A DNA stretch of 63,615 bases, the filler included, from Klebsormidium nitens (Eukaryota > Plantae > Klebsormidiophyceae): assembly GCA_000708835.1 (NCBI GenBank). It is 6 parts of 6 records of this genome, joined end to end, with 100 filler letters (N's around TTAATTAATTAA, not from the genome) between each part and the next. Parts side by side here need not be neighbours in the genome. Positions count along the whole stretch, not along the records: positions 21,722 to 45,595 come from DF237892.1; positions 45,696 to 53,192 come from DF238327.1; 4 more parts are not named here. One strand, written 5' to 3'. Of this stretch, positions 36,680 to 48,296 are shown piece by piece. Made by a program: the position numbers and the translations under genes. Every line of letters starts with the position of its first letter. Position 1 is the first letter of the stretch. The notes under the pieces are model-generated. The model did not search any database, had not been told where the DNA came from, and saw only the letters and a program-made list of their open reading frames with translations.

Positions 36680-39600
36680 CTAGCCCGTTGCTTGCATCAC
36701 AATTTCCTTCCCTGGCTGGAAGAGCTCTGCAGCCACGGGGGGAAGCACGCTGGACGGGCTATCCGTCCGCTTATGTCCGTACGCGCGCTTTTGCCCGCGC
36801 TCGGCGTAAACTCTCTTCGGCGCCCCTCCTGGTGCGGGAGCCCACCGCCCGTGGTGCGTCCCCGAGAGGTCCGCCGATGCCGTCGTTCCGTTCATGGTTC
36901 CGTCAGCCGGAAAGTCGGCTGCCGCTGCTGCTGACAAACCTGCGAGCCCCAGAAAGCTTTGATCTCTTCAGTACAGAGCAATGGAACACCGGACGGGCCT
37001 CTTGCGTCTTCTGATCCTTGGAGTTTTTGGAACGTTCGACTCTAAAGATCGTAGAAGTACGGGGAGAAGAACTGCCTCGCGTCTGAGTAAACCAACAAGA
37101 GAAGCAACAGCAGAATGCCCGGGATTCGATGGTTTGTTTTGTAAGTAGACGACGAAAAGAAGGTGAACGTGGGCGACTCATTTCATGGGTCTCAAGAGGC
37201 TCTACTAGAGCGGGTATCCGACGGGCGTTTACTTACACTGCAGATTTGTCAGGCTCAAAACAAGAGCAGCTTCGTAGGTTGAGAGTTTTGGAGGTGCGGA
37301 CAAACCGGGGACCGAGTAAACCAGCCAGGCTGTTGGACCGTCCGCATCCAACAGGGTGGCGTTCGAAAACGGCTTACGGCTTTCGCTGTGCAGAAGAGCG
37401 GCACACGAAACGCAGGCCGGACCAGACTTGCAGAGGATTCCGTAGCGTGAAGGCTCTGAGCGCTTGCGCCCGCTCGGAGAAGTGGAGTCTCTATAACCCG
37501 AATCGTACCCCAGCACTGAAAGAGCCTCCAACATTCAAACAACACGAGCTTTCAAAGTCTCGGATTCTGGATCATTCCCAGACTGCCAGCCGGAAATAAA
37601 AGCTCACCGTTCGCTGCCCCTGGCATTTCGCCCACTCCGGTTGGTCTGCAGCTTGTAAACTGAAGCGGTCGGGTGATCTCCGTTGCGGTCGAACGAGCCT
37701 GGAACGCTCAACGAGACGAGCTTTCAAAGTCTTGAAATTCTGAGTCATGCTCAGACTGCTAGGGGAAAATGAAAGCTCACTCTTCCTTGCCTCTGGCACT
37801 TCGCCCACGTCGCTGGTTTGCACCTTGTAGAGTGAAGCGGCCGGGTGGTCCCGGTTGCGGTCCCCCGGGGAAGACAAGCGGACTCCGGGTTTGGGCTCCG
37901 CCTGGCAGCTCCGCAGGAGCTCGGGAGCGGAGGTGCTCGGGGGGCTGTCCCAGTTGGGCGCGGTTGTCGCACCTGGAAGGAAGGAAAAGTATGCTTCAAT
38001 AAAGTAGAGATCTTTCGATTCTCTGAGATTGTAGCACCTGGAGAGAAGGGAATTTATGCTTCAATAAAAGTGAGATCTTTCGGTTCTCTGAGATCGTCGC
38101 ACCTGGAAGAAAGGGAAAGTATGCTACAATTAACGTGAGCAATTCCGGTTTTTGGAGAGTCCTAGAAAACGTCGAAGTTGAAGGCCTAAGTCGAACAGAT
38201 TGGACAGGGAGGAGGATTGCGACGCCCAAACGGGTGATCGTGTTTCGTGTTGTACGCGGGTTCCTTTAGCAAAGCCGTTCTTGCGCCTCAAAGATACCTG
38301 GAACCAACATTTGACGAGAGTGTGCCTAAGACGGGAGTCACGCCTTGCGTCAGCATAAAAGCTGCGCATGCTTCGCGGAGCTAAAAACGGCACAGCTGCG
38401 CAAAGGAACCCGACATATTGAACGACTACGTGACCAACCGGCATAAAGTCTCGTATCACAACTTGACCCAGATCAAAGTTTTGGAGTCCGCTTCCGCTCT
38501 CATAAAGCGGACCACAGAATCCCAGCTCCAACGCAAACGAGCCACTCACCGGTTCCAATCTTCCATGCCCCGGTCCCAGGCGCAGCTTGAGGCGCCTGGC
38601 GATGGGTGACCGGGGGCCGTTCCCCGGGGACGTGCGCACTGCCGTAAGCACCGGCGTGCGTCCCGTCCGGGGATCTGGAAGACTTATCTGAATGCAAAGT
38701 ACAACGCTACTGGTCGCGGAACAGAAGTTGGCCAGCTGTAAGAATCTCGTCGGATACGGCTGCAATGATTGTGCTTTGAAAGTGTCGACGCGAGAAGGAC
38801 AGATGGCTTGAGGCAGGGGTGGCGAGTGTTTGTGCGACACGTCAGCAGACTGTGCAGGGAACTTCACGACGAGAGAGAATGTTTACGTTGCCTCTTTCAG
38901 GGGGTGATCAGGAAACGACAAGCGCCGTACGACACACTTTCGAGCGCTCCCGCCTGACTTTGATAGAGCCGGTCAAAAGCGGTGAGCTTCTTCCGTCTCA
39001 AAACAACCCACAACCAGAACAAAACATGAAAAGAGAAAACTCTCTTCACCTTCGCTTGTGACGACAGCGCTGCCTGCCGTCGGCCCGGTGCCGCAGGGCC
39101 CGTCCGACTCGTCGCCTGAAGCGTCCGATTCCCACTCGGACTCGTCAGTGTCCGAATCGTCCGACCTTTCGTTACCCTCTGCGCCGTCCGATGCCTCGTC
39201 GTTGTCGCCGTCCGCACCTGCCGCGTGGCGTCCGCGTCCCAGAGGGATTCCTCTGGCTCTGGGACAAGGATGCTCGGTCGCGTAGTCTTCCAGCTTCAAA
39301 ATCTTGACGAGGGCGGCAAGTTCCGCCTCCAACTCTTCCTCCCCCTCTAGTTCTCGTCCTCGGGGCGGGTTCGAGGCCCTCTTCATCGACGCATTCCGGC
39401 GGAAGCGGGCGGAGAGCGACCTCACAACGGAAACTTGCCGGCGGAACTGGGCGGAATGCACGTCGCTGGGCTCGATCTGCCGCTCTGGCCGCAAGAGCGC
39501 CGTCTTCGCGGGCACCGGGTGCAGATGGGGGGGCTGCGGAGCCCAGTAAGTGCCCCCCACTCCCGGCGACCGAGCAGAGGGGTCCCTCCCGAACGAGTTT

Positions 39601-42600
39601 CTCCGGCGGAACTGGGCGGAATGGACCCCTCGCGGATCCACCTGCTGCTCCAGGCGCACGAGCGCCGACCCCGAGTGCCCGGTATGAATGGGGGGGTGCT
39701 GCGCAGCATGGAAATTGGCCCCCCCTGTGGCGAAGTGGCGGTCTGAGACGACACCCGGGTTCGGGATGACCGGCTTCGGGTTGCTGCGAAGGAGCGTGTT
39801 GATCAGGCTCGTAAGCTTCGAGGGAGTTGACGCGGCAACTGGCGCGGCAGCTCGTGGCGGCACCTTCCCGCGATGAACCACCATAGGCTGGGCACCAGAT
39901 CCCTCCGGTTGTTGCCACGTGGAGGAATGCGACGCTCCCCAGTGAGAGTGCACGGTGGCGGCCGGACTGGCGTAACCTGACCCGGGGGAGTGAACCGGGG
40001 GTTCCGCCCACCCGGTTTGCGAGGGGTGAACGGAATTCCAGTCGTTGCCAGGCCCCGCAGAATGCAAAAACTGGTGCCCTGGGGGTGTCGGTTGATGCTG
40101 GTGGTACCACTGAGGGGACCCCCCCGCTGGCGGCATTGCTGAGGGGGGGTAAAGGTCGCCTCGAGGAGGAACCCCTTGGTTGGGGTGCCAAAGGTGGGTC
40201 GCCTGAGAGGGATGCACTTGGCTGCGCACGGAGTTTGGAGCACCTGGGAAGGGAACGGCGTGGGGGGGATCCCTCGAATATAGACCGCCCGGTGAAGGAG
40301 GGGTCTGGCCCGGGGCATAGGGAGCCACGCCATGGTACTGGCCCACATAACTCGTAGCCCCCGGCGAGACTAAGTTGTCGGTAAACAGGGTCTGGCTTCC
40401 CGCGGCAACGAGGTGGGTGGGGGAGAAGTTCTGTTGCGCGGCCTCGTCGCGTGCGCGCCCCAAGAAAACATCGGCTGCGGGAACTGCCGGACCCGAATAA
40501 ACACTGTGGTACAAAGGACGGCCCTCCAACCCTGGGGCGGGGAACCCGCCGTTGCCCGGGGACTCTGCTCGCCAGAACTCCTCCCACTGATTTGGCAACA
40601 GGCGCGCCCCGTCACGCCCGACGCCGACGGCCGCCGGACCGGACAATTCCCCGTACATCTCCATGCTGCGAGGGTCCGGCACGGGAGTCGTGCGGACCAA
40701 ATCTCCGGGCAGGTAGACAGGAAGGGCGTCGATGCCTCCGAAACGACCGGGGGAGAGGTTATCGGGCTCGGGGAATTGCAAACCGCCGGAACCCCGTGAG
40801 GGAAACTCTCCTGAGCTGGCCGGTGCGCCATTCGCTGAGTCCCCATGGAGCAAATTGCTCGCCTCCGAGCCCGCGCCTGGACGGTTGGGCGACCCGCGCG
40901 CCGGCTGCGACCCCCATCCCTGACCTCCATTCTCGTCTCCGTCCAAATCAAGCCGCGTCCGCTCGCCGTCCATTGGGAGGCCGTCAAACGCCCCTTTCTC
41001 CAGGTCCGAGGACACGCTGCCCAGAAACTCGTCCAAATCGTCCAACTCCTTCAAGTCGGCCGGCTGCAGGCCCCCGGGATCGTCCCCGATAGCGACAGTC
41101 GAGTGCGTACCGGCACCGCCGTAAGCCGGGACGGCAACTAGAGAGGGCAGCCCGCCGCGCGCTGCTCGCCCGCTCGATTGTCGCGCCAAGTGCACCATTG
41201 CCCGCTTCCGACCGCCCGGTGTCCGCCCGTTCTTGCGCCCTGCCCCGCCGGACGGGGTCGCCTTCGCTCGCGGCACGCCCCTCGCACGCTTCGTCCCACT
41301 CCCCCCTTCTCGCCCCTCTTCGTCACGCGCCTCTTCCTCTCGCAACACCTCCCCCGCGGGCAGGACCTCGTCCTTCGACCCCTGTTCGGATTTCTTCTTC
41401 TTCTTCCAAAGCTCGTGCGGACCGTCCGGACCGACGGCCCTCCAGTCCCGGTTAGGGCCCGCTTTCTTGAGCCCCGCTTTCCCCCGGTCTCCGTACCCAG
41501 CGTCCCGGGCCCTTTTCGCCAGCGCCTCGAAGCAGCAGTTGAGCCCGGCCCACGTGCCCACGCTGCTGGCCAACGGGTGCCACGCCGCCGCGACGAGCGC
41601 GTCGCGGAGGTCTTTGATGTCCTGCCGCCCCCAGTGCGTCGCTTGGATGAAGTCGAAGATCGACTGGAGGACGTGGACCAGCTGGTCTAGCGTCATGCTC
41701 TGGGTGCGGCCAGCGTACGCATCGGCGGGTCCCGGGAAGTAGGCGGGGACCTGCAAGTGAGCAATGATGAGCTTTGGCTAATAGTAAACTAACATAAAAA
41801 TTCTCTAATAGTAAACTAACCAGCCTGTGACGGACCGTGGGGTTTGTTTGGGGGGTTTAGGGTGGGTAAGCGTGTGGAGCAGGTGGTACCGCGGGTTTTG
41901 AGTTCTTAGTGGCAGCGTAGGAGCTTGCTACTGCTAGAGCTTATTGCTGCTGATTTCAGGAGACACATAGTGGGGCGGGAGCTGCAATGACGTCAAGAGG
42001 ACCAGCGATTGGAGCAGAGGCTACGTCAGCCTGGCTGGGGCGAAACACCGTTGGAGATCCTCAAGCAGATCACTCCATTGACTCACCATTTGTCAGCAAG
42101 AGCAAAATCAGGAAGGGGGTCTTCTGAGAGGCCATGCTGACCCCTGCATACTGTAGCGTTGGCTTACCGTGGGGTTGAACACCAAAAATCGCAAACAAGA
42201 AACTACTTCTTCCTCGAATATTAAAAGCAGGAAAAGGCAAGTCAGAGGAACCAGTACGTGGAGGAAGTGTGCTTGAGTGGCAATGGGTCTCCTAGGTCTG
42301 ATAAAAGCCTGTCAAGAATAACTATTACAAGCAAGTCAGCTCATTCAAGGGGGATATCCTGCCAAATGGCGCCCCTTGCTTCACCCTTCTTTATTCTTTC
42401 CAGAGTCTTTTGATGGCAGGCCCAAGAGAAGCACGTACATCAGACTTGTTCACAACACAAATTGCAAAATCTGATAAAGAACATGGCAGGTGAGGTCCCC
42501 CTCACAAACAGCTAGAACTAGCTGTCCTTAAAAGGAAGCTTCATTTTGGGATTAGGACTTGGCAACCAAGGTATTTACGAAATTGCTGGGGAATTGGGCT

Positions 42601-44630
42601 TTTTGGTTGGACATTTCCACTATCAGTGATGTGTTGCTTAGTGACAAACCCTTTGACAAGTGTCAAGTTTCTGCCATTGCGTCGGCTCCTCTTTGCACCG
42701 CACCATCTTCTTGATCACAGGACAGGTTAAGAGAAACCTACTTACAGTGCTAGGGTCCGTCTTGGCCTTGGACCTGGGGAAACTGTGCCCAATGGTGTCA
42801 TTAAGGATCCCGATGAAAGCCGCCACAATCGGGTTGAGCTCCACGTGCTTTGCCGTCATCTGAGCGAGCCAATCCGCTGTTTGCAGGTCTGGGTTGGACT
42901 CATCGATGACCTTCTCTCCCCTGCACAAAATGGTCGAAGGTCTCAACACGTGTGGGGCTCACATTCCTGGGGCTGCGGCTACTGTTTTCAAGGTCTACAT
43001 CTTCAGGTTTTGTCGTCGCATTTGCAAGAGCAACCGGATGCCTGAATCTGGACGTCACTGCTGTCGACTCCGTTATAGGTCAAGCCCCCAAGGGATTGAA
43101 AAAACCGGAAGCCGATGCTTGATCAGTTTCAGTTGCTTGCTTCATCAACTATCGCCTGAGCACGTAATCGCTAAGCTAACAGCCAGAAAAGATGGCATTC
43201 TGTGGCATGTCTTGGCGCTATCGGGCCAAGCAAATCTTGACAAGTAAGATCTGGAAAAAGCCCGGCAGAACTGGTGACCTAAAATGGGGAAGCCATTGTA
43301 AAATTGATCTAGTATGATTGCTGAAGTTTTTCGCTCTTCTGCTCAACAAAATGGGAAGACAGAGAATATCCTTTGTTTCACACAATATTTGGGACCTCTC
43401 GTTACACTTGCAGCATTCTGGTGCAAGAGGGGCAGACGACACCATCAAGTGAACAGTTACCCCTGGGCTTTACATGAAACCTAAACGGAGGGTTTACCCA
43501 CTTGGCACCGGCACTGCATCCGTACCATTCTAGACTCCCAACCATCCCCAACTGTCCAGCACTATGTCCTTATTGTTCAGCGCTTATGTGCGTTGAGTAT
43601 TGGGATACTCAGGACTTACCATGCTTTGGCCGCCTCAATAATTGCTTTCAGCCACCACTCAAAAGGTTGCGCGCAGATCCTGAGACTGCACCGCCCGCGC
43701 TCAACAGACACCCAGGCTTGACCCCCGCCCGCCGGGCCCCCAAGCTCGTGTGTCAGAACGTCGCCCAGCTGCGACAGAGGCACAGCCTCCATCCTGGCAA
43801 GCTCCCCAGCTTCAGCTTGTAAGGGCTGCCAGTGGGGATGAATGTGCCTCAGAAACCCATGACTGTGCCTGCGCCCTTGGGTCAAAGAAACCTGCATCAC
43901 ACAATGCAAGGTCTTGTTGACAGAAAGGGGGAGAGAATCTGGCACAACTGGGGTTACCACTCTTGCATTCTGGATTCGAAGGGCTTGCTTTTTCAGTGTC
44001 AATCAACACTGCTTTGCGGCCTTTGCCCTCGTCCAGAAATCCGACGTTTTCAAAGGCTGCCTTGTTGACTAATGGTTGTTCTTGAAAGCTGGAAAGCTTA
44101 AATCTTCTTGTCCTGCATCGATACCACCACAAATAATGCCTGCATTGTGCTTCAAAAGTTGCAACAAAAGCGAGAAGTTTATGATGACACTGGCAAATTT
44201 GCATTCCAGGGCTTTAGAGCTACTTATAATGAGAACAATGTTTGCACACAGATTGGCAGACTTTTGGAATACAAGCCATAATGTGACCAAACTTAGAGAA
44301 CAGAATGACAGCAGCATTGAATGACGTTCAAAATGCTTACCCTGATAGCAGTCTCCCTATCTCAACTTGATTGGGCACCTCTCAAACCCTCAACGAAGAG
44401 CAGGCTGACGTGAGACCGAAGGCTGCAGCTCAGCAATGTGGATTCATGCGGCAAAACTGGCTTAGATTACCTCTTTCGAAAAGAAGCAACATTTTAAAGA
44501 AAGGCTCGTGAAGCAATCGAGAAAATCTGCTGCTAGACCTGGCAACTTGTGCAATGTGCTCCCCTTCTTTAGAGCAAGAGAACAGCTCGCCCGCCAAAAC
44601 CGCGTTGGAACATATGGTGTGCCGCACTGT
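36680..44630 (-). CDS. Uncharacterised multi-exon gene B (right arm of inverted paralog pair); 5' exons look partly degenerate
   Basis: Exons near 43830-43620 (GRCSLRICAQPFEW), 42920-42745 (AKHVELNPIVAA..PRSKA), 41752-39053 (IFDFIQATHWGRQDIKDLRDALVAAAWHPLASSVGTWAGLNCCF), 38690-38530, 37974-37775 and 36940-36680, all homologous to gene A exons. Confidence 0.65.
37544..37862 (-). repeat. 172-bp tandem duplication of an exon 3' half plus donor site in gene B
   Basis: Units start with acgagctttcaaagtct at 37544 and 37716 and end with ttgcggtc. On the minus strand they encode GDRNRDHPAASLYKVQT and DRNGDHPTASVYKLQT, each followed by gtgagctt. Confidence 0.8.
37966..38134 (-). repeat. 65-bp tandem repeat (2.5 copies), each carrying a polypyrimidine-CAG acceptor
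   Basis: gt(c/a)gcacctgga..a(a/g)gg.aa..tatgct at 37966, 38031 and 38096. The minus strand reads pyrimidine tract-ccag|gtgc(g/t)ac. Confidence 0.85.
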
Positions 44631-45239
44631 CAGGGGCCCTCAGCCCGTGCTTGCCCGCCATCTGTCAGCGCAAGGCGGTGAGCGATCCCCCTCTGAAAAG
44701 TTTTGGGCGATCCCCCCAGTGAATGCACACGTGTCAGGCACCGATTCGTCAGAATTGAATGGCGCTCATATATTTGAATTTCAGTTCCGAAGTTCACGAA
44801 TCACCAATATCAAACTGGGTATGCATATTGGCTTGCCTCTTCCCGTAGGGAAGTAGGGCAACCATACATATTGGGTTTTTTGCCGCTGTACGGCGCCGCT
44901 GCGCGGGCCCGCAAATCGACCTGCTCGGCTTGGCCCTGTTCGACGATAAAACTCGGCGTACGGCATAGAAAAATGGCCGGATAGCGGTGCGAAAGGTTTT
45001 TCGACTGGGCCCGCATGCGGCGCAGTTGCCAGTTTACGAATCGAACATTCTGGTACGGCCGGTGAATGGTGCAACTCTTCGTGTCGTACTTCGTGCATGT
45101 TCGCAGACTTCGACGCCGAAGTTTCGTGCGTACTTGGTCGTTGGTGTCACGATTAATAAATCCGGACCGTACAAACGAGCTTTCGACGAACGATACCAAA
45201 TCAGATTGTCCACCGTTGATCGGATAGATAGTCAACGAA

Positions 45240-45422
45240 AAGAGGCAAGCCCTCGCCGTCATACAGACGGCGGCCCATGTATGATATAGGTACCTACATA
45301 TGATTTATACCGTATGCACGAGTACCAGCTACCTACGGTAGTATAGGTAATATTGGTGACTCTGTTCATACATGATCGGGCCGTCTGGCGACGCCGACGT
45401 CGGGGCCGAGGGCTTGCCTCTT
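45240..45422. repeat. 183-bp imperfect inverted repeat (MITE-like or hairpin)
   Basis: Perfect 16-bp arms aagaggcaagccctcg (45240-55) and cgagggcttgcctctt (45407-22). Inner matches are cagacgg/ccgtctg and catgtatga/tcatacatg. Confidence 0.7.
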
Positions 45423-45695
45423 CCGAATTATCGAACGGCTGGAAATTAGCACACAGGGACGACCGGGGCCCCTGCAATTGAAGCCGGACGGCGGAGTTGG
45501 CCGCCAGGGCGGAGATTCCGGTATGCTTATTCCGGGCCCATCCGGGGCCCGGGACGTATACCGGTACCCAGGTCTCAGGCTCCTCCCGACCAGTTNNNNN
45601 NNNNNNNNNNNNNNNNNNNNNNNNNNNNNNNNNNNNNNNTTAATTAATTAANNNNNNNNNNNNNNNNNNNNNNNNNNNNNNNNNNNNNNNNNNNN

Positions 45696-48290
45696 TGCTC
45701 CGAAACGTGTCAGAACATCTCGGAAAGCTGCTGCGACGTGCTTGGCCTCCTTGGCCGGAATAGCACGGAGCTCAATCCATTTGGTGAAGTGCTCGACCAT
45801 GACGACGACGTAGCGGTTGCCGTCATCAGATATCTGTGGCATCTTGCAAAGATCCACGCCCCATCTGTAGAACATGCCCATGATAGGCAGGGGCTTCAGC
45901 TCAGGGTCCTTGACGTCGAACGTCGCCTTGACCCGATCGCACACGGTGCAGGCCGCGACCTCGCGCTGGACCTGACCATACATCCCAACCCACCAGTATG
46001 TGGGGCTCAGTAGCGAATACGTCTTCAGGACGCCGTAGTGGCCGACATCCTGGTGCACACGGCGAATCAGGTTCGCGCGCAGTTCTGGACGGGGGACAAT
46101 CTTTGTCGTGCCGTCTGCGAAGCGTTTTCTGAGGACGCCATCCTTCAGCTGATAGCTCCGGGCTCGGTGCCAGATGCGATCCTTCTGCTTCGGTGTCACG
46201 CTGTTTGCGTACACGCCAGCCTCGAGGTACGCCATCACGGGGGCGTCCTCCCAAATCTCGCGGTCGAACCTGACCGGCAAGTCCACATCATCGTCGGCGG
46301 CCTCACGCAGGGGCGCCACGATCGCAAGTGCCTGCGACTCTGCAGGGCTTCGTGCCTGTGTCTGTACAGGGCTTTCTTCTGGCGTGTCGGCCAGGCTTCC
46401 TCCGGGTGCCGGCATGTCGGCCGCACCGTAAATCAGCTCCGTCAGGGCTGGATCCTCTGGCTCGTTCAAGGTGCCGGCCAAGATGGCAAGGCAAGCCGAG
46501 ACGGCCGACGGCAGCTCAGAACTCACGTGGTCCATCCTCGCGTCCGTCCAATCATCGGTTTCGGGGAGCGGGTTCCGCGAGAGACCGTCCGCATCCAAGT
46601 TCTTCACTCCACTGCGGTGCACGATTTTGACATCGTACTCCTGCAGGATGTTCGCCCAACGGGCGTGCATGCCCGTGAGCCTCGTGTTCGTCATCAGCCA
46701 CTGCAACGGCTCGTGGTCTGTGATCAGTGTGAACGGCCTCCCGTAGAGGTACACGCGGAAGTAGCACACACCCCAGACGGCAGCTAAGCACTCTCCGTGG
46801 TAGCTGGAGTAGTTTCGCTCCGTGCGGTTGTTGCTCCGTGACGCGTATGCGATCACGTATTCCTTCATCTCATCGTCACGCTGTGCGAGAACAGCGCCGA
46901 GCCCAGTAGCGCTCCAGTCGGTGTGCAGCTCAAAGGGTCGGGTAAAGTCAGGCCGCCTCAAGATGGGCGCCTCAGTCAGCTTGAGCTTCAGTTGCTCGAG
47001 AGCCTCCTGTTCCTCAGTGTTCCACTGCCAGGCAACGCCGTTCTGAAGCAGTCGGTTCAGGGAAAAGGCGATGCGGGCGTAGTTCTGGACGTATCTCCGG
47101 TAGTAATTCGTCGTGCCTAGAAAGGCGCGCAACTCCGAGGTGTCCCTCGGCGGAATCATCCGCACGATGGCCTCTACCTTCACGTCCTGCGGGGCGGTTC
47201 CGCCAGGCACGATGTAGTGGCCCAGGTAAGACACGGTGCGAACGGCCAACCTCATCTTCTTCGGGTGGCACTTGATCCGCTTCGCGCGCAGCCGCTCGAA
47301 CACGGCGCGCAGATGTGTCAGGTGCTCCTCGAACGACTTGCTGTGAATGATCACGTCGTCGATGTAACAGCGGCAGAACGCGCGCTGCGCACTCAGTGTG
47401 GTGTCCATCAGCCTCTGAAAGAAGGCAGGGGCGTTTTTCAGCCCAAACGGCATGACAACCCACTCGTACAGGCCGTCGTGGCCCCAGAACGCCGTCTTGC
47501 AGACGTCCTCTTCTGCGATGGCCACCTGGTGGTAGCCCCAACGCAGGTCAAGCGTGGTAAACCAGGTCGAGGTCTCCAGCTCATCAAAGATTTCCTCAGG
47601 GGTCGGCAGCTGGTAGTGATCAGGGGTGCTGACCTTGTTCAGCGCGCGATAGTCCCCGCATGGTCGCTTCAACGTCCAATTGCCGTGCTCGTCTTTCTTC
47701 GGCGGCATGGTTGTAGGCGAGGCCCATGGAGACGTGGAGCGTCGGATAAAGCCGCACTTCAGGCGCTCTTCGACCTGCTCCTTCAAAGTATCTACCTCGG
47801 CGTAGGCTAGCCGGTACTGCCGTTTGAAGATCGGCGTATCATCCGTCACGGGAATTGTGAACTTCTCCCCAATGACCGTGGACATCTCGGACATGTCAAA
47901 TGCTTGCACGTCACGAAACTCGTCCAGCAAGTCCTCCAGAGCCTGTTTTTGCTCAGGCGTAAGATCATCTCGCCCCCCCAAGCCCCAATCTGTCTTCTCA
48001 TCATCCTCATCGTCCGCGGACATCAAGTCCGGGAGATCGGGCGGGTCCGGTTCTGGTTCCTTCTCTGGTGTGCCAACCTGGCCTCTCCCCCCCCCAGCCG
48101 CGGCCGGCGGTCGTCCCGACGCTGTGCCAGGCGGCTGTGTCTGAGGCAGGGGTCCAACTCTCCGAAATTTGCGCTGCTGGAGTAAACCAGCTCGCACGAA
48201 TGCTGCCGCGTGATGCGGCGCCACCAAAGTGGGCTCACCCGATGCATCGGAGGCCATCAGGCCCGACCACCCGCTGGTGGTAGGCCGCAT
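45696..48290 (-). CDS. Gypsy pol: reverse transcriptase, RNase H, integrase (truncated by gap)
   Basis: RPCGDYRALN, FTTLDLRWGYHQV, YEWVVMPFGLKNAP, CRCYIDDVII, LHTDWSATGLGAVL, TDHEPL, ADGLSR, HQDVGHYG..CTVC and RWGVDL. Confidence 0.95.
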
Positions 48291-48296
48291 GAATTG

